The position numbers were made by a program, and so were the translations under genes. From positions 5,260,578 to 5,324,577 of the forward strand of contig CM119267.1 of assembly GCA_051294375.1 (NCBI GenBank): 64,000 nucleotides of DNA. The letters run 5' to 3'. Position 1 is the first letter of the stretch; each line of letters opens with the position of its first letter. Shown here piece by piece: positions 1-14,174 of this stretch. Under the pieces are notes generated by a model. The model was not told the DNA's origin. It did not search any database and saw only the letters and a program-made list of their open reading frames with translations. The DNA comes from Paraspadella gotoi. Lineage: Eukaryota; Animalia; Chaetognatha.

Positions 1-2178
1 TTAAACTATTGGATAAAATTGTCACGCCTAATAATAAAGTTATTTTGGTAATATTTTTGCCGAATTTTATCCAAGATATTTTGGCCGCCGCCATTGTGCA
101 GGAATTAGCGGCCTGGCGAAGAGTTGGCAACGAGGACTGGCCTGGCCCGGCCTGGCCTGGCCTGGCGAAGAGTTGCCAACGAGGATTCCTAAAATCTTTC
201 CTTCTCGAAAAATCGATGAAGATTTTCCGCATCAGCGTCAATCACGGTTCCATCNNNNNNNNNNTTCGTATTCGTATTGTATTGTATTGTATTGTATTCT
301 ATTGTATTGTATTGTATTGTTTTAAATATCGGGAACAGTGAAGTTTATAATGCACTGATTCCTTATCCTAAAAAAAAAAGAACATCTCTGTTTCAACAAA
401 GAAAAAATCCAAAAATCCCCAACGTCCTGGCGGAAGAAGCGGACACTAAAAAACAAAGGAGCGTTCTCTCACAATCACATTAAAAAAAAAGAAAACAAAC
501 GAGAAAAAAGAGGGAAGAGACTCGCGGTCAAAGAAATCTAATCGGGAAACAGAAAAAAAAAGGATTAATGGCGGAAGAAGGGGAAGTTAAAAACCCCGGG
601 AAGGAGAGAAGAAAAACTAAAGGAAAAAAAGAAGGAGAAGAAGGAAAAGAAAGAGAGAGAAAGAAGAAGAAATAAAGGAAAATAAAAAGAAGGAAAAAAA
701 AAAAGTTTGGACCAAGAAAACGATTTAAGGGAAGAACCTCATCAAAGGATCTCTGGCGGCGGCCAAATGAATCTTTGATTCGCGCTTAGCTCTTCCTAGG
801 CCTATCGATTGTGGGCGCCATTGTGGGCGCCACAGTGGGCACGATTGTGGGCTGCGAGTTAATTGCGGGCGCAACTCAGCCTTTGTTGGAACTTTAGAGA
901 GATGGAGTCTCGCGAGTTTTCATTTCCCGACAGACGCTAATTCTGCGCGGAGTTCATTGGCGCTGATAACGTCATTTTGCCACAATTGTGACCACAATTT
1001 GTGGTCATTAAATTGTGGTCGTTGGGATCGTCTTCATTGCTGTCAATCTCACCTATGTCTGTCGAAAAGAATAGAAACAAATGAAGTCCTACAAAGATTC
1101 AAAGAAAAAATGATTTTCTTGACGCCTGCAATTTACAATGTCCAATTTACAATACAAGAAAGCGTCGGCTGGGCGTGGCTGGGCTGCGACGCTGCCGTCG
1201 GAGTGGGGCCGCGGGCGGCACGCCGAAAAAGGGGGGAGGATGCTGCGGCGGCGGCGGCGGCGGCGACTGCGGTAACCGGTCTCTCTCATACAACGCGTTA
1301 CTGAAAATGAATGACCGCGATAATGGGAGAATAGAAAGAGGAAGTGGAAGAGGAGGAAGAAGAAGACGACANNNNNNNNNNNNNNNNNNNNNNNNNNNNN
1401 NNNNNNNNNNNNNNNNNNNNNNNNNNNNNNNNNNNNNNNNNNNNNNNNNNNNNNNNNNNNNNNNNNNNNNNNNNNNNNNNNNNNNNNNNNNNNNNNNNNN
1501 NNNNNNNNNNNNNNNNNNNNNNNNNNNNNNNNNNNNNNNNNNNNNNNNNNNNNNNNNNNNNNNNNNNNNNNNNNNNNNNNNNNNNNNNNNNNNNNNNNNN
1601 NNNNNNNNNNNNNNNNNNNNNNNNNNNNNNNNNNNNNNNNNNNNNNNNNNNNNNNNNNNNNNNNNNNNNNNNNNNNNNNNNNNNNNNNNNNNNNNNNNNN
1701 NNNNNNNNNNNNNNNNNNNNNNNNNNNNNNNNNNNNNNNNNNNNNNNNNNNNNNNNNNNNNNNNNNNNNNNNNNNNNNNNNNNNNNNNNNNNNNNNNNNN
1801 NNNNNNNNNNNNNNNNNNNNNNNNNNNNNNNNNNNNNNNNNNNNNNNNNNNNNNNNNNNNNNNNNNNNNNNNNNNNNNNNNNNNNNNNNNNNNNNNNNNN
1901 NNNNNNNNNNNNNNNNNNNNNNNNNNNNNNNNNNNNNNNNNNNNNNNNNNNNNNNNNNNNNNNNNNNNNNNNNNNNNNAATCACGGTTCCATCGAAAAAT
2001 ATTTGGGAGGAAAAAAATTGAAAACAACTCTCTCTATCTCTGTCTCTCTATGTCTCTTTTTGTCTCTCTCTTTCTCTCTCCGTTTCTCTTAGTCTCTTTC
2101 TGTCGCTGTCTCGTCCTTTCTGTATCTCTCAGTCTCCCTGTTCCTCTATCTGTCTCTCTCTGCCTCTCTCCGACTCTA

Positions 2179-2216
<38 letters not shown>

Positions 2217-2300
2217 TCTCCCCTTATCTCATTTTCTCCCAACGAACTCATAACGAACGGTTTTCCTTTTTTCTTCTCCCTTTAAAAATAAAATGAACAA

Positions 2301-2340
2301 CGCTCCCGGGATTCGAACCCCGGACCCTTTAATCCGGAAC
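2301..2340 (-). mobile_element. Isolated Pol III B-box / tRNA 3'-half fragment
   Basis: The minus strand reads ggtccggGGTTCGAATCCcgggagcg, a T-arm hairpin. No matching 5' half is seen. Confidence 0.3.
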
Positions 2341-2448
2341 CTATGGAAGAAAATTCCGGCGGATCGGCGATTAGCATACAGAAATGCCTTCCGACGAAAA
2401 AGCCGCCGAATGAGCTGAGGGAAGAAACGAGAGGTCAGAAGGAGAGAG

Positions 2449-2488
<40 letters not shown>

Positions 2489-2951
2489 GAGAAGAGAGAG
2501 CTGGAATGGAGTTTGGAATGGAAATCGGCCCTGGAATGGGAAAATCAATAAAGCCGCAATGGGGAAACAAAGATTTCAGACGTTTTTATAAAAAAGAGAA
2601 AAAAAAAGATAATAAAAAAAACTTGGAGTGATAAATTTCGGTTCAACGTGTTTTTCGAATTGGGAATTCAAGAAATCCGAGACGACGACGAGGATGACGA
2701 CGACGACGACGATGTGGATTATGACATAGATGAAGTTGACGACGATGATGATGATTATAAAAGGGATGAAGCCGCGATGACAACGAGGTGTTAAAAATGT
2801 TGCTGACAATGATGATAATTCATCACTGATGATTACTTTGACGATGACAAGTCGACGCTTACGACGCAAAATTTGAGGCGTCTTCTCTTTTTGCTTTAAT
2901 AGTCTCTTCACTGTGTTGCTTATTTACTCTCTCTCTCTCTCTTTCTATCTT

Positions 2952-3005
<54 letters not shown>

Positions 3006-3465
3006 ACAGAGTCAATCTGCCCGCTCGATGCCCTTTAGCTTCTCTTTCATCCTCAATGATGAAAAAATGAATCCAACTATAAACTTTTCGTTTACATTGA
3101 CAACACAATATCATAATTAAAAACATAAACATTTAATTATTTGGTACAATTTACACTTCTCTCTTGTACATAGCTTCTTCCCATATATTCTCTCTCCGTC
3201 TCTCTCTCTCTCTTATATATATATAATATATATATATCTATCTATTTCTCTCTTGTTCATTGTTCCTCCCCATATCTTCTCTCCCTCTCTCTCTCTCTAT
3301 TTCTTTTCCTCTTCAGCGATTGTTTTCAAGTTTTATTTCCTTTTATCGCCGCTACGTTTCGCTGAAGCAGATCCTGTTTTCTTTCTCCTCGTATTAACTG
3401 TTTGTTTTTTTTTCACTTCTCTCTCTCCCACTCCCCCTCTCCCTCTCCCACTCCCTCTCATTCAG

Positions 3466-5183
3466 ACTCTCCTCGTGTGGGAAAGATGCCCAGCAGCGTC
3501 TACCTTCCTCGCGGTTTGCGTGGGCGCGTTCCCTGCCCGGTCATCGCGAACCCGCCAGTTTTCAAAGTCGATTGGTTCAAAGACGACCTTTCCATCGATT
3601 ACTTGACGCAGGTTAGATCCGGGTGTACGGATGTACGGACGTCTGGACGTATGGATATCCGAATGGGAAGAATTTTAAGGATGGGAGAATGTCTGGATAT
3701 TTTTATTGGCCGTATACGTGACGATGGAATACGCAAAAAAATTGGTAACATCAGTCATCACCACACATATTTGATTAGATAATATATAATAGATAGATAA
3801 TAGATAATAGATAATAGATATGTCGCTCCGCGCTAAGAAAAAAATCCGAAAGAACGAAGCGGTTTCTGATAATTTTGGTTCCTATTAAATTTTGCACTAG
3901 TAACGCAGTAAATATTACAAAACCATGCATGATTTTTGAAACTAGTGTTTGGGCCGGAACAAAAAAAAATCCATAAAATTCTTGTGCAAAAAAAACACTA
4001 AAAAGAAAGCACGGCTTCAATGTTGATAAGCGGTATTTATTGATATAGCATTGATCGGCACAATAAATTTGTATTAAAGACAGCTTGATTTAATGTATCA
4101 TAATCTGCAACCAATATATGGGCGGCCGTGAGCATCATAATTTATTTGGCTTCAATCTTGTGATAAAAAATTTAGGCTGATCTACGACTAATTGTAATGT
4201 AAACTAATATGTAACGATAATCAATTAAACTTAAATCGAGTATAAACCAACTTCTTATCAAACAAGCTACTTGATGAGATAAGTTGACAGTTCCGGAGAT
4301 CCTCTAGAAATCTGTGTCCAGCATACCGCTAAACAAATTCTTCACAAATTACGCCTCAACCGCTTAAAACAATTAACAACAAACATTCTTTCAGTTTGTT
4401 CAAAAATTCCCCGCGTTACCTCATAAAATGTTAGATTATCGCCCAACGTCCCGCCCCCCCATATTAAAAAAATAGAAAATATTCCCGAAAAGAGAAGAAA
4501 AGAAAAAAAAGGCGGAATATTAAAATTTATATTCGTTCCACGGGAAATATGAAAAAAAAAGGAAGGAGAAAAAAAAAGGAAAAAAAGGAGAAGAATGAAG
4601 GAAAGAGTTTTTAAAAATTTTACAAAAACTATATTTAATATATTAAAAGCTTAATTTTCAGCTTAAAATATAGCTTTTTCTAATTTTTGACCCACTTAAT
4701 GAAGGAATTTTTAAAAAAGAGCTTATATTCTTTTTATCACTTATGACGAATCCAATCTGCAAAAGATCTTTAGAAAAAAAACTGTTTTGAAATTTTAACA
4801 TTTTATTGGGATTAGTACTAGTTATAATATGGCCTACTGCCGTAAATTGTAAAATTTTATTATAAATTTTTTTTATAAAATAAATGGTCATTAGTATAAA
4901 GTGTTGTTTGTTCCTCACTTTTAGAATTTTTAATTAAAGTTTAAAGTTTTAGAATTTTTTACTTACGCCTTACTATCGAGGTTTCTCCTTTTTTTTATTA
5001 TATTTTTATTTATGAGTAAATTTTCAGAGGAACGTCTCTCTCTATGACCCGCCGGACGAGACGGCAGCAGAGTTTATGGAAAATATATCGCCTCATTGGG
5101 ACCTGAAACGGCATAAATTGTGCACGCAAGCCGTTCAATATTATAAGGAACGGCGAGCGGAGAGAGAGTAGAAGGCAGAGAGA

Positions 5184-5240
<57 letters not shown>

Positions 5241-7470
5241 CGAGAGAGAGAGAGAGAGAGAGGAAGGGGGCGGAAAGGATAGGAATGAGAAAAATGCGCG
5301 GGAACAAGAAAGCGGACAAGACCCGCGGTCGTTCCTCCTCCCCCCATTACACCTTCCCGTCCCCCCCCCGCTGTTCCCTTCACCCCATCACCGCCTCCCC
5401 GATGCTCGAACATGGTTTCTCTTCCTATNNNNNNNNNNNNNNNNNNNNNNNNNNNNNNNNNNNNNNNNNNNNNNNNNNNNNNNNNNNNNNNNNNNNNNNN
5501 NNNNNNNNNNNNNNNNNNNNNNNNNNNNNNNNNNNNNNNNNNNNNNNNNNNNNNNNNNNNNNNNNNNNNNNNNNNNNNNNNNNNNNNNNNNNNNNNNNNN
5601 NNNNNNNNNNNNNNNNNNNNNNNNNNNNNNNNNNNNNNNNNNNNNNNNNNNNNNNNNNNNNNNNNNNNNNNNNNNNNNNNNNNNNNNNNNNNNNNNNNNN
5701 NNNNNNNNNNNNNNNNNNNNNNNNNNNNNNNNNNNNNNNNNNNNNNNNNNNNNNNNNNNNNNNNNNNNNNNNNNNNNNNNNNNNNNNNNNNNNNNNNNNN
5801 NNNNNNNNNNNNNNNNNNNNNNNNNNNNNNNNNNNNNNNNNNNNNNNNNNNNNNNNNNNNNNNNNNNNNNNNNNNNNNNNNNNNNNNNNNNNNNNNNNNN
5901 NNNNNNNNNNNNNNNNNNNNNNNNNNNNNNNNNNNNNNNNNNNNNNNNNNNNNNNNNNNNNNNNNNNNNNNNNNNNNNNNNNNNNCCGGATCTGCCGATA
6001 GGCCGAAATCAATGTAGTCTATAGTTGATGTAATACATAATCATTTCGATTAATACTATACAGAAACGTGATAAACCATTAAATGTTTATTGTGCATACG
6101 TTTCATACTGATGGAGTCACGTGATCGTCTGGAAAAGCATAGTAAACACATTGAAATTACTTTTTTACTGTTTTTGGTAGCCTCATTGTAGGAGATCTAG
6201 AAACTCAAAAGATGGAATCGAATTGAACCGGATGGAATAGGATCGAAGACTCGGAAAGAAATCACCGAAATGGAATCGAGCTCTCTGATTGGTCAAGAGC
6301 CAGATGGAAAGGGCCAATAGGCGGATGGGCTTCCATCCGAGGGAAATTCTACCCACGTCTCTCCACTAAATTTTTTTTTTTTTAAATTATTTTCAAACAA
6401 AATTTAAATTAATAAAATATTCACGGCGGCCGAATCGTTGAGGAAGAGCGGTCACGTGATATTTAGTTCACATTTCACAAACTCCCTTCTCCATCTCCCC
6501 NNNNNNNNNNNNNNNNNNNNNNNNNNNNNNNNNNNNNNNNNNNNNNNNNNNNNNNNNNNNNNNNNNNNNNNNNNNNNNNNNNNNNNNNNNNNNNNNNNNN
6601 NNNNNNNNNNNNNNNNNNNNNNNNNNNNNNNNNNNNNNNNNNNNNNNNNNNNNNNNNNNNNNNNNNNNNNNNNNNNNNNNNNNNNNNNNNNNNNNNNNNN
6701 NNNNNNNNNNNNNNNNNNNNNNNNNNNNNNNNNNNNNNNNNNNNNNNNNNNNNNNNNNNNNNNNNNNNTATTTATTGGGCTTTCAAAAAATAAATATTTG
6801 ATATTGTTACGATTATTTTAGGAACTTTTTTTTTTCGATGTATCAGTTTCGTTTTTGCCCCTTTGTCTAATGACTAACTATATTTTAGTATAAAGCAAAA
6901 TTCTTTAAAGAAAGTATTACTGAGTATGTATCGAAATAACACTTAGCGTAATNNNNNNNNNNNNNNNNNNNNNNNNNNNNNNNNNNNNNNNNNNNNNNNN
7001 NNNNNNNNNNNNNNNNNNNNNNNNNNNNNNNNNNNNNNNNNNNNNNNNNNNNNNNNNNNNNNNNNNNNNNNNNNNNNNNNNNNNNNNNNNNNNNNNNNNN
7101 NNNNNNNNNNNNNNNNNNNNNNNNNNNNNNNNNNNNNNNNNNNNNNNNNNNNNNNNNNNNNNNNNNNNNNNNNNNNNNNNNNNNNNNNNNNNNNNNNNNN
7201 NNNNNNNNNNNNNNNNNNNNNNAATTGGATCGGATGGAACAAATGGTTTTAACGGAGATTTTTTTAAATTCGAAATGATATGTGGCATTTGCTTTTCCTT
7301 GATATACTGTTTTATGGGCCAAAAAATCGCCCGGACAAACTGTCCGTATNNNNNNNNNNNNNNNNNNNNNNNNNTGCTTCTGTCCGTCTGTATCGTGTCA
7401 AACGGGTCGTTATAAATTCAAGACTTAATAATGGTCTTTATAAACGAGCGTCAAATTAAGAAATTCTCTC

Positions 7471-7507
<37 letters not shown>

Positions 7508-7540
7508 CCCTCTCTCTTCTCTCCTTTTTTACCCTCTCTT

Positions 7541-7580
<40 letters not shown>

Positions 7581-10500
7581 GTTTCGCCTTCAATGTTAAA
7601 TTGCGCGTTTTCCCCTCTCAGAAAGATTTCCTCGGCGGGAAAAGTTAAATGTGCTAATCGCGGAATTCTGCCGATAGGCTCCCGAAATCAATGTAGTCTA
7701 TTAGTTGCATGTAAGTACATAACTCATTTTTCGATTAATTACTATACAGAAAACGTTGCAAAACCATTTAAATGTTTATTGTGCATACGTTTTCATACTG
7801 ATGGAGTTCACGTGATCGTCTGGAAAAGGCATAGTTAAACACATTGAAATTACTTTTTTACTGTTTTTGGTAGCCTCATTGTAGCGGATCTAGAACTCCA
7901 AAAGATGGAATCGAAATTGCTACCGGGATATGTTTTTGTGGAAATAGGATACCGAAGAACTTCGGAAAAAATCACCGAAACATGGAATCGAAGCTCTCTG
8001 ATGCGTCAATGCAGATGGAAAGGGCCAATAGGCGGATGGGCTTCATCCGAGGCGAAATTTACCCCACCGTCTCTCCACTAAATTTTTTTTTTAAATTATT
8101 TTCAAACCAAAATTTAAATTAATAAATAATTTCACGGCGGTGCCCCGAATTCGTTGAGAAGAGCGGTCACGTGATAATTTAGGTTCACCATTTCACAAAC
8201 TCCCTTCTTCCATCTTACCCCACCCACCTCCCACCTTTTCAGACCCCACCTCCCGGTTTCCACGTTCCCATCGAGGAGGCACCGCATCGATCGCGTCGTG
8301 GATCGAGATCGAGGGAAAAATACTCATGCCTTCCCTACACACTTTGGGCAGGCGCGTATATTCGTGTGCTCGTATGTGAGGTATTTGTCTTCCACCGAAG
8401 TTTATAAGATTCCTATTGGACCTATCTGTACCGTCTTCTCGTCGTTTCGTTCCGTCTGTTATGTCGGATGGTGTGAGACTAATGTCTGTAATAAAGATAT
8501 GAGATTAAATAAAATTAAAATGAATATGTTCAGTAATTGTTGATGAGGAGTCATACTTGAGCGACTTGAATTATTTATGGGGCTTTCATAAACTATATTA
8601 TAATATTTGATATTCTGTATACGATACTTTTTAGGAACTTTTTCCGATTCGATTGTCTTCATGTACATCAGTTTCCGTTGCTTTTTAGCCCCTTGAGTTC
8701 TATCAATTGACTAACCATTGTAGTCATTTTTAGTATATAAGCAAAGATTCTGTTGAAAGGTAACAGTTCTTTTAGTATGTCTTGACTGAGATATCTACTA
8801 AGGTTTTTACTCGAAATAATCACGTTAGCTCGTAATTGCAAGCTCAAAGTAATGTTTCTTCACGCCTTAAATGGTCCGATAATTGGATCGGATGGAAACC
8901 AAATGGTTTAACGGAGATTTTTTTTAAATTCGAAATGATAGATATAATTGTCGGCATTTGGCTTATTCCTTGAATAGGAATAATACTAGTTTTTTTCATT
9001 GTGGGCAAACAAATCGTCGCCGGGATATCATAACATAACTGTCTCCGTTTAGTACAAATTATCTTGTCGACGACCGATAGGTTTCTTGCAGAGATCGAAG
9101 AGATGTAAAGATTGTCTCTCCTGAAGACTCTCTCTTGGACACTCAGAATGGGGAGAATACATTATTCTTCTGCCTTGAAATTGACATGACTGAGTACTCC
9201 TACGAGAGAGAATTCGTTGTTCTCAGATGATGACTGGCACCGAGAGAGAAAGGACGAACCGATTGAGATAGAGAGAGAGACGGAGAATGGAAGAGAGAGA
9301 GAATAGACTATGTATGCAAGATTAAGAGAGGAGCTCGTTCGTCTGGTGTCGAGATTATCTTAATCTCTTGCTTGTGGATGTGCGGCAGGGAGAGAAAAAG
9401 ATGAGGAAAGTAGAGAAAGAAGGAAAGAGAGGAAGAAGAGAGAGAGACTGTGGAGAGAGAGAGAGACAGAGACAGATAGAGACAGAATCAATTAGTTATA
9501 AAGAAATAACTAACTGTCGATCGCGGAGCTTGACAAGAGACGGTAACGACACGACCTCTGAGCAGCAAGTCGCAGATTGAGGTCCAGGTGCTTGTGTAAG
9601 GATGGCGCAACAGAGATGAATATATCTGCGACCTACCCAGATGGGTCGTAGAAATGATTGATATCTGCTCCCCCCGCCTCCATACCAGATGGCGCAGAAC
9701 GGTCCTACGATATAAAGGATTAGCTTTGTAAAGGGTATTTAAGCTTTTTTTTATTTCTTCAACGCGATTTCTTTTTTTTTTTTTAACATTAACATTTTGA
9801 AACAGAAGGCCAACGCCTTGGAATGGTTTCATATTAGTAAACATTCCGAGTCCTTTACACTCCCTATTGAAATTATGATAATATTCTAAATGTACATACC
9901 AGCTTACTACATGTACCTCTTCATCTCCTTAATTAATTAATCTCGTTGTTATGTCAGTCCTGGTTGTTCGTCGTTCGGTCGTGCCGTCATCGACTGAGCT
10001 TCTTTACTTTCATTTTTTTTGTTCTCTTCTTGACTCCTGTTTCTTTTCTCAGGTTCTGTAATAATTAATCTATCCTCCCTCTCTCTCTCTCCCTTTCTCC
10101 TCCCCCTCCTCTCTCTTGCTCTTCCCCCCACTGACGCTGTGTTACTTTCCCTTCATGCCTCTCCTCGCTCTCTCTCTCACCTCCCCTCTCTCTCCCTCTC
10201 TTCTCTTCCTCCCTCGCTCTCTCTCCCTTCTCTCTCCCCCTCTCCCTCTCTTCCTCCCCCTCGCTCTCTCCCTTTCTCTCTCCCTCCCTCCTCTCTCTCC
10301 TGCCTCTCCCCCTGTCTACCCCCTATACCTCTCTCTCTCCTTCTCCCTCCTCTCTCGCTCTCTCCCTCTCTCTCTCCCTCCCTCCTTGATCTCCCCTCCC
10401 CCCATCCCTCTCTTCCCTTTCCTCCTCTCTCTCCCTCCCGCGTCTCCCCCTCCCTCTCTCCCTCCCCTACCCACTCCCTCTTCTTCCCTCCCCTCCTCTC

Positions 10501-11925
10501 ACTCTCTCCTCCCACCCTCCCCCTCCCCCTACTTCCCCCTCCTACCCGGCGCGTCCAACTTCCCCCTTCTCCCCAATCTCCCCCCCTCTCTACATCCTTC
10601 CCTCATCGACTGTTCCCTTTGTTCGCCCCACGGCGCCTTACTTCATCGACGCGTCCCAACGCCATCTATCAGAAGGAGAAGAACGAGATGGTGATTTGCC
10701 GTGCCGCGCCGTCGAAGGGGACCCGACTCCCAGGGTCAACTGGCAAAAAGTAAGTGCGAAAAAGTAAGGCTTCAGTTCGTTGGTTTCGTTCGTTTGTTTG
10801 TTCGTTCGTTCTTCGTTCGTTCGTTCGTTCGTTCGTTCGTTCGTTCGTTCGTTCGTTCGTTCGTTCGTTCGTTCGTTGTCGTTCTTCGTTCGTTCTGTTC
10901 GTTCGTTCGTTCGTGGCGTTTAGTTTTTCTTTCGTCTGTCCGTTCGTTTCGTTTTTGGTTTTTTATTAAATTAACTAAATTATGGACAATAATCCGGTTT
11001 TTTACCTGACGAATGATATAATTCTGAATATTTCTATATTCGTTCGTTAATTTGTTCATTCATTAATTCGTTTCCTTCGTTCGTTCGTTAATTCGTTCGT
11101 TCGTTTGTTTCATCCGAACGAGATGTGATTTTGCCCGTGCCGCGCCGTCGGGGACCCGACTCCCAGGGTCAACTGGCAAAAGTAAATGCAAAAAAAGTTA
11201 AGGCGTTCAGTTCGTTGGTTGGTGGTCGTTCGTTCGTTCGTTCGTTCGTTCGCTCGTTCGTTCATTCTGTTCGTTAATTCGTTTCGTCGTTGTTCATCCG
11301 TCTATCCGTTCGTTCGTTTTTTGTTTTTTTTTTTTAAATTAACTAAAATTATGGACAATAATCCGGTTTTACCTGAGCGAATGATATAATTCTGAATATT
11401 TCTATATTCGTTCGTTAATTTGTTCATTCATTAATTCGTTCCTTCGTTCGTTCGTTAATTCGTTCGTCGTTTGTTCATCCGTCTGTCCGTTCGTTCGTTT
11501 TTTGGTGTTTTTTTTAAATTAACTAAAATTATGGACAATAATCCGGTTTTTACCGAGCGAATGATATTAATTCTGAATTTTTCTATATTCGTTCGTTAAT
11601 TGTTCATTCATTAATTCGTTCGTTCGTTCGTTCGTTAATTCGTTCGTTCGTTGTTCATCCGTCTGTCCGTTCGTTCGTTTTTTTGTTGTTTTTTTTAAAT
11701 TAACTAACTAAAATTATGGACAATAATCCGGTTTTTACCTGACCGCATGATATAATTCTGAATATTTCTAAAAAAATCATCACCGACGATTGAGTTAATC
11801 AATTAAGCGATTAAACACAACATTTATACCGTTATCTAGTTAAAAATTAATTCGTACTTTTCCATTTTATGTACACTTTTGAATATTTTTTTTCTAAAAA
11901 TTAATTGAAAATCAAATAGCTCTCA

Positions 11926-11968
<43 letters not shown>

Positions 11969-12141
11969 ACTCGCACGCTGAGAGATGACAGAGGCTGTCA
12001 AGGAAGTCGGAGAGCTCCCCACCGCCCCCCTTCTTCTTCCATTCCCATTTGACGTTTTAAGAGTTGAATAAATAAAATTATGAAATTGTGATAGAGTGAA
12101 GCTTTTTGAATGGAACATAAAGAAGATAATGCGCGAGAGAG

Positions 12142-12220
<79 letters not shown>

Positions 12221-13791
12221 AATAGAAATTCCATGTTTTTCTTCTCTTCCCGACGGATATAATTTTTTTTTCTCTTCTCTTTCCCCATTATTTTTTTTTT
12301 CTCTCTCTCTCTCTCTCTCTTCGCTCGTGTTTGTTTTTCCTCAATTTTCTTTCAATTCTATTTCTTTTCCTTCCTTCTCCCTTCTCTCTCCTTCGCCCCC
12401 AACACCAATCCATGTTTACTTTTCATTCGGGTTCTCTTGTTTACCCTTTTTCTCCTGTTTGTTTACATTGGCGTTTGTTTACATTTTCGCGTCTCCCCCC
12501 TCTCTCTCTCTCTCTCTCTCCCTCTCTCTCTCATCTCAGGTGGGTGGGGCTCTTCCCGTGGGTCGATCCTCGGTCTACGGCGGGAACCTCACCATCACGA
12601 ACATCGCGCCGGAGGACGAGGGCATTTTCGAATGCGAGGCGACCAACGAGGTCATGAAGATCATCGCGTCAACGCTGCTCATCGTCGAAAGTAAGTTGCG
12701 GGCGGGTGAGGAAATTGCTTTTGTTGAGTTCGAATTTGATCGGTCACCTTTTCTACATTAATGAAATTAACAAGTAAATATTGTGGCGGAGACTCGAAGA
12801 TCGACATTGCTTAGCGGCTAACGTACCATCCCAATCGTGCCGAGGGGCCTCTCGCTTAGTTGGCAAATCCAGATGGTACAACTACGTATGACCGGGCGAC
12901 CGGGTCAGTGGTAGGAAGCGACTATCGAGGGTCCGAAGATGCCCCACGACTCTGTCATCCCAGCTCATCCCCCGCCGTTGCTAAAATATACAATTTTCGA
13001 TATCCTTGTTTTCTCGTCCAATTATCAACTTATCGGGTCTTTCTTCGGCGTGAAAGTGAACAGTCGTTTTATATCGTTCGATATCTTCACGCATTCGCCA
13101 ATTTCGAAGAGTTGCAGCAAAATGCTTCAATACCGCAGCAACATCCGCGGCCCCATCGAAGAGACAATGAGTCGCTCCTCCATTCTCGGCCCCAAATCTA
13201 AAAGGCCAAAGAGTCCAGAGACGCGAATAGAATTTCATCTCAGCGACGCCGCCCGACGCCGCCGCCCGACGCCCATCCGACGACGCCGGCCTTTAACGAT
13301 GACGGCGCCACCTTTTATGGCGTTGGCGCCGCCTCTTTATCAGGCGGCGCCACTTTTATGGAGGACGGCGAGGGTCGTTGGGCGCCGGAACGGCACCTGC
13401 TGCACCCGCGGCACCTGAGAGGAAAAAAAAAGGGGAGAAAGAAAATTGCGGCGAATGAGATCTCGTTTTTGGCGCCGATGCCAAGAGTATTTGGATTAGG
13501 GGGGGGCGGTAAGGGGCGGTTTGGCGAGGGAGAGTTTGGGGGTTTGGCAATTTTGTGCTTTTTATTTTTTTTTTCTAGGATTGCTTCAGTATTTCTTCTA
13601 AGTACTAAGATAAATAGTTGATAAAAAGGTACGATATGGAACGGTCAGAAAAATAATTTTTAAACATTTGGCGATATAGTATCGAAGGGAATTAAAACAT
13701 ATTTTTTTACGAAAAAGTCAACCCTTTTTACCGTTTTTTCAAAAACAAAATGGGACGTATTTTTTCGTCACCATGCGAATGACATATCGCC

Positions 13792-13823
<32 letters not shown>

Positions 13824-14056
13824 GTTTTTTATTTTGTTTTGTTTTGTTTTTCGATTCAGAGTTCTGACCGTCCACGTCGGTTGGCTGAGTTTTCGCGAGT
13901 CGCTGTTTTGTGGAGAGTACGTCGTCATCGTCTTTGTCGTCGTCGTCTTTGTCGTCGTCGATTTGATACTTCTGATTCGTCCCTTCTCATCTCTTATCGC
14001 TTCTGTTCACTAGGGAGACTCGTTTTCACTCTCTCACTCTCACCGTAAGCTTCTTT

Positions 14057-14101
<45 letters not shown>

Positions 14102-14105
14102 GTCA

Positions 14106-14174
<69 letters not shown>

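Noticed and set aside
1089-7322. Long ORFs in the track containing X runs
   Set aside because: They exist only because N gaps contain no stop codons.
10116-10753. Pro/Ser/Leu-rich and ER/SL-repeat ORFs here and throughout the window
   Set aside because: They are translations of (CT)n/(GA)n and other microsatellites.
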